A DNA stretch of 64,000 nucleotides from Octopus vulgaris (lineage: Eukaryota). The notes beneath the pieces were generated by a model that worked only from the letters and a program-made list of their open reading frames with translations, had not been told where the DNA came from and searched no databases. Of this stretch, positions 41,860 to 56,349 are shown piece by piece (within the stretch, counting starts at the first letter, position 1; each line of letters begins with the position of its first letter). The position numbers were made by a program, and so were the translations under genes. Where the stretch lies: positions 129,890,001 to 129,954,000 of the forward strand of contig OX597817.1 in assembly GCA_951406725.2 (NCBI GenBank). Reading direction: 5' to 3'.

Positions 41860-42168
41860 GCGCAGGCTTGGCTGCGTGGGAGGAAGCTTGTTTCCCAACC
41901 AGATAGTTCTGGGTTCAGTACCACTGCGTGGCTCCTCGGGAAAAGGTTTACTGCTATAGCCTCGGGCCAACCAAGACCTTGTGAGTGGATTTGGTACGTG
42001 GAAACTGAAAGAAGCCCGTTGCATATATATGTGCGTACGCGCACGAACGCGTGTGTGTGTCAGTGTTTGTGTGTCTTTGTGTCTGCATTTGTCCCCCACC
42101 ATCACCTGACAACCAGTGAGAATGCGTTTACGTCTCAATTACTTATCGGTTCGACATTAAAAGACCGA
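41860..42168 (+). mobile_element. SINE family A, diverged and 3'-truncated
   Basis: Aligns to 2294-2585. Confidence 0.8.
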
Positions 42169-42172
42169 TATG

Positions 42173-42270
<98 letters not shown>

Positions 42271-42277
42271 ACGAAAA

Positions 42278-42350
<73 letters not shown>

Positions 42351-42782
42351 CAGTTAAATCTTGCAAAAAAGTCCCCGTACTTCGTATTTTCTGTTGTTTA
42401 CGTTTTGTGACGTTCAGTGCCGACATATGCATATGTATATACGTATATATGTATGTACGTATACGTATGCATATGTGCATATATATATATATAAAATCTA
42501 TATTATATGATTGAACACCACGCATCCTTTTCCAAGTAAGTTTTATCTTAATAACTCAGATGCAACTCTTTTCCCTATTATTTTTTTTCGCTTCTACTAT
42601 TCTATCCTTCTACTCTTTCGGTTTCTCTTTTCCTTTATTTTGCTTCCCCTTCTTCCTCTCTCTCTTTTTTCTCTCTTATCCAAATCTTTTCCTCTCCCCT
42701 TCACAGTTCTCTGTCTATCTCTCTCTCTCTCCCTCACTCATCCACTTTCCTCACGTGGCTCCAGAAGAAAGAAAATGACCAT

Positions 42783-43170
42783 CGGCCATTTTCTTTCTCC
42801 TAACTTGTGTTTCTTTCTTCCGGTTTCAGCTGGACAGGGAAGACATATTGTTCTCAGTCTCCTGTCCAAACTTGTTTCTTCGCGTTTAGCAACCCTTCCT
42901 GTTTGTTTTCACTGTCCAGTCTTTGTCACCAATCTTGACCATCCGCAACATGGCAAATTTTATTAATTTGCTTTGCGGAAGTAACTGTTTTATCGAAGGC
43001 GTATCTTATCGTGAATTGCTCGAAAAACGGATTAGAAACATAGCCGACAACTGATGAAGGATCGTTCCTTGTGTTGCTTGTCTTGTTTTCCACTTGTTTC
43101 TTTCGTTGCTTACAAAAAAGGACCTTCGTATTTTTTTATTGTTTATGTTTTGTGACGTCCTGTGCCCATA
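42783..43170 (+). repeat. Second copy of the 9975-10390 repeat
   Basis: Shared sequence blocks. Confidence 0.7.
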
Positions 43171-43239
43171 TATGCATATGTATATACGTATGCATGTAAG
43201 TATGTACGTATGCGCCTAATGAAAAAAAATGAAAAAAAG

Positions 43240-43312
<73 letters not shown>

Positions 43313-43374
43313 GAGTGAGAGAGAGTGAAAGGGATAGGAAGAGAGATAGAGAGATATATACATACATTTATTCT

Positions 43375-45141
43375 TTAATGAACACAGGTTAAAAATCACT
43401 TCTATATACTTCCAAGCTTTTTGAGTGTGCCACTAAAATAAAATAATTCTCTTTACAATCGTTGCCACGAGCCAAATCAAATTTTTATCAATACACATCA
43501 TTTATGAAGCTAGTCTCCCATCAAAAAAGATTGCTAACAACATTATCAGAAAAACTTTGCACATATACGTCCATCTTCCTACGTACGAAAAATGTTTAAG
43601 GTCAGATCAAACTTAAATAACCAATGATTTCAACTCTAACATTACTTGCAATAGCCTGTTGGATTCAAGGATTTTTGAAAGAACATTAATTATCAATGCG
43701 AAGATAATGTCCAAAATTCTACCAATATTCATATGGATCTTGCATCTTATCCTTTTAAATTTCGATATAACCAACGCACACATTTGTTTAGAAATACGAA
43801 ACGTAGTAAAGACAGATTCATATCATCATTTGTATGGTAATTAAAACAAATAAATTTACAATTCAAATTGAAAACCATCTCGTGTGCAAAGTTCAGTAAA
43901 AGAAATAAGGAAACACCGTAATTTGTACAGATGAGACTTATTCGTGAATTGTTTCATTAAGAACTAATCCGCTTATGAATAGATTTTCGGAAAGGTTCTC
44001 TACATCTACTCATAATATATTGAAAACATTTAAACAATATACACTTAGCATAATTCCCTATACTTTTAAATCATTTCCATATGTCTCTATATATTTTTCA
44101 TATCTTTAATGTACACTTAAATCCTTTAAAATGTTTTAGCCCGAAGGCCGCGGCTATGCTGGGGCACCACCGTTGAATGAGCTACACTAATATGTGAATC
44201 CACCTCTGATACGTGGCACTTGGTCAACAAGGGAGTTCGATGCCGCTGCCCGCATCTGTGTCTCCTGTCGTGAGGTCCAATCTAGTATTCATTTATAGGA
44301 ATATTTTTATTTACCTTATTAATTCTGCGTTGTTTTTATACCATTCCAACTTATGTTTAACTTCCTACAAATACATGCATTAAAATAAACATAAAACATT
44401 AATCGACAGCACAGACAATCCACCGACTATTTCTATATTCATTTTGCCTCAATCATAAACTTATTTAAGTAGTAAATATTTTTCAAACTTTAGTTTGCAT
44501 TTAAGGTTTAGACTTAAAAGTGTTTATCTTGCCAATACACTACTAATTTTACATTTAAAAATACTTTTTGACAAATCATTTCGCTGAAATATACAGAGAA
44601 GTCAATGCATTTCCAGTTGATAATAATCCATTTTTATTAATCCCGCATATGAATCCACATATAGAGATAACCTGTCTCTGATTATCATAATCCACTTCAA
44701 TAAAACCTGCCTCTGTCCTATATTTTACAAAGTCATAATTCCACTGAATAAAATCTTTAATATAAATACCAAAGAGAACGTACGGTTTTAAGAAAGAGAA
44801 CATTTAATTTCATTAAAACATTACTTAACCACTCGAAACCAAATATTTGTAGCCTCGATGCAATGAAAAAAATTATCCAATGTGTACAAAACAATGCTCC
44901 ATACCTTTAGAAGAGCAAGCCTTTAAGCGTCCATGATTTGTTTTTCGTTTTCCCATGAGTAACTGAGACAAAAACAGATATATATTAGACCCCTTTTATT
45001 TTGCTGCTTGAAAAACTTTGGAAGAAGTGAAACGAGTTTACACTTGTTCCAGTCAACATTATTAATCGAATGCTGAATCGAATCAAGTTTGTTGTATCCT
45101 TTGTTCTCAACAAGCAATACTAAACTATCACTCTCCTCCAT
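43375..45141 (-). pseudogene. Possible decayed long reading frame of unknown family
   Basis: Co-oriented non-repetitive ORF pieces (44923-45141, 44576-44803 and further stop-broken frames) in microsatellite-free DNA; no motif recognised. Confidence 0.35.
44115..44280 (-). mobile_element. LINE/SINE 3'-tail fragment
   Basis: Minus ggtggtgccccagcatagccgc..ggctaaaaca resembles the SINE A tail. Confidence 0.6.
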
Positions 45142-47700
45142 TCTCTCTGTCTGTGTCTCTCACTCTCCTTTAGTATATATGCATACACACACACGTACAC
45201 AAGCGCGTTCCCTCACACACGTATGGATTCATTCACTAATGCGCATGTATTTTTAATTAAGATGGGATTGACGCATATATATATAATGAAGTGTGCTATT
45301 GGCTGAATATACACACTCTCGTAATATTGATTATCAGCATATATGCGACAGTATATCCTTATAAGAACAAACCTTCGTTCATTCATTTTTCATAATGCTA
45401 TCGTGAAAAACCATAAACTTCATGACTCAAACTGTTACAAATAAAACACACACTCACTTCCTCGACTCTTTCACGTGGGTTAACCATGTATTTACAACAA
45501 GCAGCCATTACAGTTCATTATAATGCAGTACACAAAAATAAAATTTGATAGAAATACCCTAGGTAACAGCACCACAATCGTATATATAATTTCTGAAGCT
45601 ATAAGAAGTATGGAAGATTTACTTTTAGCAAAATACAAACATAAATTAAAAACACATCTCGGTTAACAAATCTATCCTTATATCATGAAAGTCATATAGT
45701 CACTGTGTTAAACAGTTAAGGGGAGGTGATATGAGACTGACCAAAAGCTCTTAATTCTCATAAAATAATTATAATATTATAATACATTATATGACATAAC
45801 ATGCATTTAATTTGATAGATCAACTTACATGCAAAATGTAATTTTATACAAAGATTATGAATATGAAAGAATTAGTTAAGTAAATTGAATCAAATAAACT
45901 AATTGGAGTATATTATAAAACATAACATGCAGTCAATTATGTAGATCAACTTACTTGCAAAATGTAATTTTATGCAAAGATTATAAAGGTGAAGGAATAA
46001 GTAAAGTATATTAAATCAAATAAGACATAACACAATAAAATAAAAGAGTTAATCTTAAACCTAACAAAGAATTAATATGCTATTGAAAGGATGTACTAAT
46101 AATACATTGCAGGGATAAATGCATGGTATCATATAAAATAAAGAGAAATTTATTGAATAAAAACATTATTATCAATACAAATTAGAATAAGAGATAAGTA
46201 ATAAGGAATTAAACCAGGTTAAAACTAAAGAGTATTTTACATAATATATGTGGAATTAAGAACATGTATCTGATATATTAATAATATATCATTAATTAAG
46301 AATTTATTACAGGTAAATAATTAGTGCAAATATTAATGCCAATAACACATATTTACAGAGTAATACATCTACTCATAATATGATTCATTTACCTAATATC
46401 TCTGAAGTCAATGTTATACCTAATAACTGTGATTATAGAATTAAAAGTATGACGTATTTTATTTCCGATGTATAATTAAGTTTATTTCTCCATTAGTCTT
46501 ATTATTTCGTATCATTAGCACTAAAATTAGTCTCATTATTTCGTATTATTTAGTACTAAACGTGCTAAGTTAATATCATATTGAGCTGATTCCTGATTCA
46601 CTTCTTAAATGCACAAATAAATTATCATTACCCCTGATTACATTTTCAGATATATCCCCGTTTAAATTTGTTCTGGCTTAGCTGTCTTTACACTTATTTT
46701 CCCTGCATCCCAGCTATGCATGTGGGCATTTTACATAATTCATTCTAATTTATTTTATTTTAATTTATTTTCAATTCATTTATAAGTAATTCCTCTTACA
46801 TAATGTTTATTTTCTTAATATTACCCTTATCCCTTAAGCATGTTTCATAGCATATTTACTTCCGGTTTATTTAACGTATGTGAAAGTCTAAATTTTTTTA
46901 ATTCTTTCCTATCTAATCGTTCATTATTATTGTTTTTTTTACCTTAAAGTCTTGAAATAAATTTCCTTAAGAGATGTATGGTTGTATTTTGAATTTTTGA
47001 TATTTTCTCTTTCCATATCATTCTAGACTTGCTATTTATTTATTTATTTATTTAAATTAAATTTTATTGCATTATTATTATAAATATAAACAATAAGTTA
47101 TTATTATTCTTATATTTAGTAATAATTTATCCCTTTCTGATAACTTCGGTTAATACATATTTTGCCACTGTTTGCTTCTACTTCACTTAAATTTTATAAC
47201 TTTGTTTTTGTATTGCAATTTTATAAGATAAATATATTATATGGCATTGTTTATTTATATTATATGGCTTAGTAGCATAGTCGACTCATCAGACTCAAAA
47301 ATGATCACTCTATGACCGGTCGTAACTTTCAACTTCCTAAAAATTTCATTACTGCTCTAATGCTTTAGAGTGTGCTTTTTTAACGGACATATGAACTACT
47401 GATGATGTATGTATCTATGTATGTATCTATGTATTTTAATATTTCGCTTAGGCATAGCGAGACTAATAACCTGATGTAGAACTCAATATACATATGGTCC
47501 AGGATACAATGTTTGATGAATATAGAGTAGTAATAGAAACAAAGAGATGACTCCGGAAAAAACAAAAGTTATGTTATGAACTTCATTTCTGCTATGAGAT
47601 GCAGTGGACTCTTAGTTCAGGACCGGGATAACACCATATCGCATCATCGGAACCTGAATATGAAGTGCTATTTTGGGGGAAAAATTATATCTTCGGGACA

Positions 47701-48583
47701 TACAGGGTGCGGTGAATAAACTGTCGTCTAAATTACGCAAAAATGAAAATAACACTGACATATCCTTTTAACAGATATATTTACCCAAATTAAATAAAAA
47801 TATCTTGAAATACTAAACAGTAAATTTATTTAATAAAATCGCTACTGGCTACAACCACTTCGGAATCTCCTGCAGCTCTTCTGGGCGGTCTCCTTGTTTA
47901 AGCTGGTGAATGCTACTATAATGCTTGCCTTCAGTTCATCATTGGTGTTACAAGGAGTTTTGTTGGTCTCTCGCTCAACTGCAACCCACACATTCTATAG
48001 AAAATCTATCAAAGGGGGTTGCAGTCTGGGGAGTTAGGTGACCAGATGTTAGGGGTGATGTGGTCGCAAAAATTGTCTGACAACCGTGACTGGGTTCTTC
48101 TGCTTGTGTGGCATGGTGCAGATTCCTGTTGCTAGACATAGGCTGCAGCAACTCTTATGATCCATGGCTGCACTACTTCCTCCAGGCACTTGATGTAGGC
48201 ATCCATGTTGAGTCTGAGGCCGTGTGGGAAGATGAATGGAGGCATAACCACGCCATCACTAGTGATCTTTCCAAACACCATGTTGACTGGATGTTTGGTT
48301 TTTATCACTCTCGGTACATGTCCTCAAATTGCACTGTCCTCAGATTGACACCCAAACACTCTGAAATGTTCTTATTGGAGCTTTCGACGGAAATGCCAAG
48401 CAGTACAGCATGTAGTTTCCAAATCTCCGGCAGAGTGAATTGCGTCATGATACTATTTTTCTCACAGACGGTGCCCAACCGATCCTACTATACTGTACAG
48501 CCGACAAAATCAAAAACAAACAACACACTTGCGCGAAATTAAAAATACATAAAATGGCGACAATTTACCCATCGCACCTTGTA
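47701..48583 (-). mobile_element. Internally deleted Tc1/mariner element, DD37D (maT-like)
   Basis: TA-flanked ~28-bp imperfect TIRs; QQ(D>E)SAPCH...WSPNSPDCNPL(D) with 37-residue spacing. Confidence 0.88.
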
Positions 48584-48633
48584 CATGCTTGTGAGTGAGA
48601 AAGTTTACGTTGATGCCTTTGTCATCTCTTTGA

Positions 48634-48673
<40 letters not shown>

Positions 48674-49954
48674 CCGCGCACGCACACACCTACTCGCATA
48701 ATAACGTAAACTCAAACAAGTGATATGACTGACGTGAAAGGCATATCATAATACGTTCACAATTTGAATATAACTGGGCAGAGTAATGGTTGGAGGATTC
48801 TGCATCTTCTATGAAAAAAGACACAAGCCTGTTAGATTATTTGTGCACTTCTTAGAATATTATCGCTAATTGGAAGAATTGGGGGGGAAAAACCATAGGG
48901 AATTGGTAAATAGGATATAATGTCGCACGGATTAAAGGAGATGCGTACACACAATCTCAGATATACTGTCATCCCAGATGCACATACGAAGGCGTGCGCT
49001 AAAACACACTCACATACACACGCGCAGACACGCACATATACATGTTTGTATGTATATATACATGGTATTATTGGGAATGAGTTCTTAAGAAGAGAAGGAG
49101 AGTGCTACTTAAAGGGAGAGAAACGCTTCCAGATTTACTTTTCATATGAGGAGGAATCATTATCAAAGGGCGAAGAGCATACATGTATTTCCATATGATT
49201 CTTTTAATTTATTTTCTCATTTCCACGGAATAAGGTCCTCAAAGTCATTCAACACACACACACAGACACACAAACACACACGCACACACACACACATACA
49301 CACACACATACATAGATACATATATATGCATACATATATATTTTATATTATATATGTGTGTATGTGTATGTGTGTGTGCATGTGTATATATGTGTATATG
49401 TGTGTACGTGTGTGAGTATACGTGCGAGCATTTATATTTATAGACACACGCACACACACACACATATGTGTGTGTATGTGTGTGTGCGTGTGTGCATGTA
49501 TGTATATAATATACTATATGCATGTATATCCGCAGAACATAGATTGGTATGGCTTAGCACATACACATATATACAAATATATTGGGCGTCAGTTATATTC
49601 GAAGCTGATCGATCAAGTATTTCTCCATTGTAGGAGAGGCTAATTGGCTGAATATTCGCTAATACCTGCGTCATTGACATAATCTTCTCTTTGAATCGAC
49701 ACGTCAAAATTTGTGAACAATTTCACTCTTTGAAATACAGGAACAATGTATGTATGTATGTATGTATGTATGTATGTATGTATGTATGTATGTATGTATG
49801 TATGTATGTATGTATGTATGCATGCATGCATGCATGTATGTATGTATGTATGTATGTATCTATGTATGTATCTATGTATGTATTTATGTATATCTATATA
49901 TCTATTTATCTCTCTCTATATAGATACATATATATGTGCATATATATATATGTA

Positions 49955-49994
<40 letters not shown>

Positions 49995-50398
49995 CATACA
50001 TACACATACACACATCCATTTTAATATGTACACATACGTATCTAATACGTATGAGAAGGTAGGAATAGAGAATGTACAAGAGAAGACATGACATGTAATG
50101 ATAACGAAATTTGAGTATCTAAGATGGCGAGAGGACGGGAGAGACAGAAAGAGAGAGATGAAATTCTGTTAGAGCATGTATCTGCGCATATATAGATAAC
50201 GTGCTCACACACACACATAAATATAAATTCACCAATACACACACACACACATATATATATACACATGCAAGCATGTGTAAGAAAATTTTGGCATATATGC
50301 ACATACGCACATGCGAAGATCAATAGATTTTTCTATGTCTATTCCAGATATTTTTCCTATCATCTCAGAATTATTTACACCTGTTCACAATCATATAA

Positions 50399-50474
<76 letters not shown>

Positions 50475-51011
50475 GTGTATGTATGTGCGTGTATGTATAT
50501 GTTATGTATGTATGTATGTATGTATGATCGTATTTGTGTGTTCCCGTGGATTTGTAATTTCTCTGAGTGTGCATGTGCGTCTACATATTCGTATACGTGC
50601 GCGCGTGTCGTTTGCCCGTAAGTAGGTTACAATCAGCAGATGCCTGTTTAATGATGCAGGTGCTTATGGAAGCCTCGCATCAATTTTACATAACATGATG
50701 TAGAAACGTTATGTATTGGCATGCTTACGTATATCTGTATTCACTGTAATACATGAACTGCTTTCTGGTGATTGCTATTCTTATTTTATTTTTGTATCGT
50801 TCTGGTAATTATCTGCATCCATATATCTATCGATGCATGATTCACAATTCGCCTTGGTTTCTAGGGTGATCTCAGTTTGCCTGGAAAATATCAAAATAAA
50901 AACTTTACATAATGTACTACGTTGGGTGTAAGTCTATCATTCCGTATGTATATATATGTGCGTGTGTGTGTGTGTGTGTATGCACACATATATACATGTG
51001 TGTACGTATAT

Positions 51012-51239
51012 ACTCTTTTACTCTTTTACTTGTTTCAGTCAAGTGATTGTGGCCATGCTGAAGCACCGCCTTTTAGTCGAGCAAATCGACCCCTCGACTT
51101 TTTCTTTGTAAGCCTAGTACTTATTCTATCGGTCTCCCCGTCGTACCCCTAAGTTACGGGGACGTAAACACACCAGCATCGGTTGTCAAGCGATGTTGGG
51201 GGGACAAACACAGACACACAAACATACACACACACACAT

Positions 51240-51296
<57 letters not shown>

Positions 51297-51526
51297 TATA
51301 TACCACGAGCTTCTTTCAGTTTCCGTCTACCAAATCCACTCACAAGGCTTTGGTCGGCCCGAGGCTATAGTAGAAGACACTTGCCCAAGGGGCCACGCAG
51401 TGTGACTGAACCCAGAATCATGTGGTTGTTAAGCAAGCTACTTACCACACAGCCACTCCTACGACTATACTTATCACACAGCCACTCCTACGCCTATACT
51501 TACCACACGGCCACTCTTACGCCTAT
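51012..51526 (-). mobile_element. SINE family A with triplicated 5' head
   Basis: Reverse complement of 2294-2700; 29-bp unit x3 at 51440-51526. Confidence 0.88.
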
Positions 51527-52135
51527 ATTTATATATATTTATACACAAACACACACATACACAAGCGCATAAGGAAGCAGTTAACAGGGACTTTGAAGTT
51601 TCGACTTCCTCGCCATTATCAGCCACTCTGATGAAGGCAAGCAGAAATGTTAATAAATATGTACTCCACAAAAAGTATTGAGCAATCTTACAATTTCATG
51701 TTAAAAGGTTTTTATATATAACTTGACATAAAACCTGCCATTAATATACACTTGCATATAACTGTAAAGTAGACAAACTACAGCTTTTGAAAACTTTCAC
51801 TAAGAAGATTTCAACAGATGTGAATACATTCTTTTTTCTTCTACGCAAGTAGTTATCGTCTGGTTATGGCGAAAAACATAGGCGATCGTCCGGACATGAT
51901 TCACTGTTCGTTAAATACTAATCAGCAGACAAAAGCAATTATTCTACTAGTGAAAAAGATATATTGCAAATATCTATTTTAATTAAATGCATACTAGAAC
52001 TTAACAGCAATGGCTAGACTAATTTGCATAATGAGCTTTTAACGGCAGCTTGATTAATTATTAAATATTTATGTGCAACACAGCGTATATAAAATTTAAA
52101 TATATTTAGAGTAACTAGACTCTGTGGAACTACAA

Positions 52136-52174
<39 letters not shown>

Positions 52175-52857
52175 AGACATTTATGTATGTGCGTTTGTGT
52201 GTAAGTATACACACACACACTTCAATGTATTCACTCGCTTACGAACACGCACCCAAATATATAACTGCGTGTGTATGTATACACACATTCACTCATTCAC
52301 CCACTCACTCACACACATGTATACATGCTTAATTAGATACATACACACACCTGTGTATCTGTGTGTTATTAGAATATCTATTATACTGCCTGACATATAA
52401 CAGAAGTTTTCGAACTTCATATGTTTCATTAGACTTCAAAAGGAACGCCTGAGAAGAAGATTCATGCTAGGACTATTTTTCCTTTATTTGTCTAATAACA
52501 CTCACTCGCTCAGTAAATAAATTTACGACATAACTACAGAAGTTTGACTCATCTTCGATTTTGTTTCTTCATAACTTTATGGAAAAAATGCAGATTTTTA
52601 AAAATGAAATAATGGTATTAAAGTAGTCGTTATGATCAATCTTCCAAATAGCTGCGGTATATTCTGCATAAGCGTTAAAGAATAAATAGATTAAAATCAC
52701 GTAAATAAAACAAGTAAGATTATATGATAAGAAGGAGACAAAGAAAATACATGAAATTAGACAAGCGAAACATGTAACTGAATGGGTAGAAACATAAAGC
52801 GTAAAAATAGTGTACAGTAAAAGCAAATACGGTTTAGGAGAAAAAAATTGAATAGAA

Positions 52858-52890
52858 TCTAACGTTTCGGTTGATACACTTTATCAAAGA
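52858..52890 (-). ncRNA. Hammerhead-like motif, family 4 (U3-A8 core)
   Basis: Minus strand: TCT-TTGATAA-AGT-GTATCA-ACC-GAAA-CG-TT-AGA; one stem II mismatch. Confidence 0.45.
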
Positions 52891-53575
52891 GAAAAATAAA
52901 AAGAAGAGATGCAAGAGAAAAAGAGAAAAAACATGATAGCGAACGTAAAGCATCTATTTACATAGTAGGCCTAATGCTATCATGTAAGCAAACAACTTAC
53001 ATTCAAACACCGTATGTTTTATTTTCTCTTGCTTCTCTCATTCCTTTTACTTCTCTTTGATAAAGGTATCATTCAAAACATTAGAAGCTCTTCAGTTTCT
53101 TCCTTGCTGTATTTTATTTCTTCACTTCATTTATTTTGTGTAAAAGAATTTCAAAGAATTAGTTACATTAAAAAATGCATAAGTACATGCTTAAAACATG
53201 CAGAAAAAAATGTATAAGATTGACCAGTGTTATTTTCTGGGACGTTCTTATATTTTCCCCATGTTCATAATATATCATTACTCTTTACAGAAATAGTTGT
53301 AAATAGTTCCAGCCATACATCATAAATACATTCCTTCGCTGGCTGTTCAACAGTTAATGTCTTTAATTTAACAGCTAGTTATATCACTGTAATTCATTAA
53401 TATTTGCAGCTGACTTCTGTACAACACTACATCCATTCAGTGTTGCTATGTCAGTAATTGAAACTTTGATATTATATTACTAGCATGCCATGTAACACCC
53501 ACTTGTTTTAGTGTCTAATTATTTACCATCTTTGTAATTTCTCCCCTCCGTTGCCTCCGAGGTAAATAAAGGAAG

Positions 53576-53653
<78 letters not shown>

Positions 53654-54448
53654 CATCAGAGGGTTGGCAGAAAAGGCAAAGCGAAGGGTTTGATAAAATT
53701 CCTTGCTGTAGCTTATGGCATCATTTTACGTTCTGAGTTCGAATAACACAAAGTTCACTAATTTAAGTACGTTAGCATACAATTATACATTGTACGTATG
53801 TATGTATGTATGTATGTATGTATGTATGTATGTATGTATGTATGTATGTATGTATGTATCTGTCTATCAATCGAAAAGTATGTATGCATGTATATATGTG
53901 TAAATGCATATATATATAGAGAGAGAGAGAGGGAGGGATACAGAGAGAAAAAGAGACAGCACGTAAGAGAGAGAGAGAGTCAGATATATATAGAGAGAGA
54001 TATACAGACAGAGAGCTAGCTAGCTAGATAGATAAATAGATAGATATAGGTATATAGGTTTATTTTCGAACTTTGTGTAACTTTCAGCCAATACATAATC
54101 GTGCACGCATGCATGCACTCAGCATGGCAGAATAGTTAAAATGTTCTCCTTGTGCTCATGAGGACTCATGTTCGAACCTAGTGGGAAGATTTAATCAAGT
54201 GTCATTACCAGAGCCGCTGCGTGACATAAGCCGTAAGAATGAAATTAAGTAGACAAACACGGAATGGTTGCCTACCGGACCCATTGTACGTCGAAGTTAC
54301 ATTAATTTTATCTGAGCATTACATCAATGGTATAAGTGTTGATAAATACTGAGCCAATTATATGCTAATTAAACACGTAAGTAGTTCGACTGAATGAGTA
54401 ATTAAACATTTATCACGAAACTGATGCATAGATCCATTTATTACACAT

Positions 54449-54511
<63 letters not shown>

Positions 54512-55073
54512 GGGCGCGCGCACACTTATGGAGGTGTGCAAACATATATGCATGCTTGAAGCAGCTTAATACGGTAAGCATTATCAATACTACATATTTA
54601 ATGTATGTGTGTTTGCTCATGCACCCGAAATATCGATATCAATCGCTCTCGTATACTTATGGGACAATTTCGTTTTGTCTTTCATTTTTTTTAACTCGAT
54701 ACTTCTAAGGGATCTCCCTTAGACAAAGTACCACAGTTTTGTAGCATTTACTAACACATATAGATTGTATGATATTGATAATGGTTATTCTCTTAACCTA
54801 CTTAAAATATTAGAATTTTGTTTTCCTTGGGTGACGCTTTTTCACATCAGCAAATATATTTTATGTTATCTGTATATGCACCTTTGGCTGGCTGTTGCGA
54901 GTCGTTTCGAAAGTGGAGAAGTATTCGACACCGAGGGGAGATATGACTGCGAAATATCGATATCTTATGCTCTCATTCACTTCCAAGGCGTTTTCATTTC
55001 GCCTAACTCTGAGCTATGCGGCTTCAGACGAAATACCGCAGCTTTGTAGCGTTTTCAAGCACACATTAAGTGA

Positions 55074-55135
<62 letters not shown>

Positions 55136-55234
55136 TTCAGCAAAATTTAGATTCAAATGAATATGGTACTTAAGTTAAAGGCACCAGAATTTTGTATGTT
55201 ATTATCCATATAACTCAATTGGGGGTGATTATAA

Positions 55235-55652
55235 TCAAAATAAGCAACAAGGATATCCAAGGTAGTGTATTACAATTGTTTCATGCTATTTCATTTTATT
55301 AAACACTGTAAGTATTACATCAGTTTTCAAAATTTCAAGCAATCTTCAGCCACATATAGAACTTTTTAATTAAAACGACAATGCACATTCTTATACTTAT
55401 TTCATTTGCCAACATTACAAAGAGGGTAGATATATAGACAGAGAGGTTAATTTCATCAATAAGGACATGTAATGTTGGCAAAGGAAATAAGTATAAGAAT
55501 GTGCATTGTCCTTTTAATTAAAAAATTTTATATGTGACTGAAGATTCCTCGACATTTTGACAACTGATGTAATACTTACAGTGTTTAATAAAATGAAGTA
55601 GCATGAAACAATTGTACTACACTACCTTGGATATCCTTGTTGCTTATTTTGA
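55235..55652. repeat. Long inverted repeat (~185-bp arms, ~48-bp spacer) inside a (TA)n-flanked insert at 55133-55655
   Basis: tcaaaataagcaacaaggatatccaagg...ccaacattaca versus tgtaatgttggc...ccttggatatccttgttgcttattttga. Confidence 0.9.
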
Positions 55653-56024
55653 GAATATATATATATATATATATGCCACAGCTCGTGAGTTGAAACTAGA
55701 TTAAATGAAATGAATATATATATATGAACACACACACATACACGCACACATACATGCATATATATAGTGTATCTCGTGCATACAAATAGATATACGATTG
55801 TTACTATTGAGTTTAGAGTTCCATATAAATTGCCGTAGTCTATCTGCTTCCAGTATAGTGGTTAAACAGCTACTACAATTAGCGGTATTACTAGTTATGA
55901 AATACAGACCACATGTAGGAGAAGTTACAATAAAAATAGCATATATTATGTAGGTTTCCAAGCAACCATAATAACGAAACGTACGTTGGAACTACTAGTA
56001 AAAGATTGCATTTATCGTTATTCC

Positions 56025-56163
<139 letters not shown>

Positions 56164-56217
56164 GATACATACATACACACATACATACATATAGATAACT
56201 ATGGTGTATGTATGTAA

Positions 56218-56250
<33 letters not shown>

Positions 56251-56349
56251 ATCGATGGATGTGACAACTGTTCATGTGAAGGTGAAGGTGAAGGCGAAGG
56301 CTGCAATTCTTTAACTTTAGTAAAAGTGAGAGTGGTGGGACGAAACAAC

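Noticed and set aside
47280-47300. Minus-strand CTGATGAGTCGAC
   Set aside because: No GAAA or stem III follows.
51625-51655. CTGATGAAGGCAAGCAGAAATGTT hammerhead-like string
   Set aside because: Canonical core but no convincing stem I or stem II.
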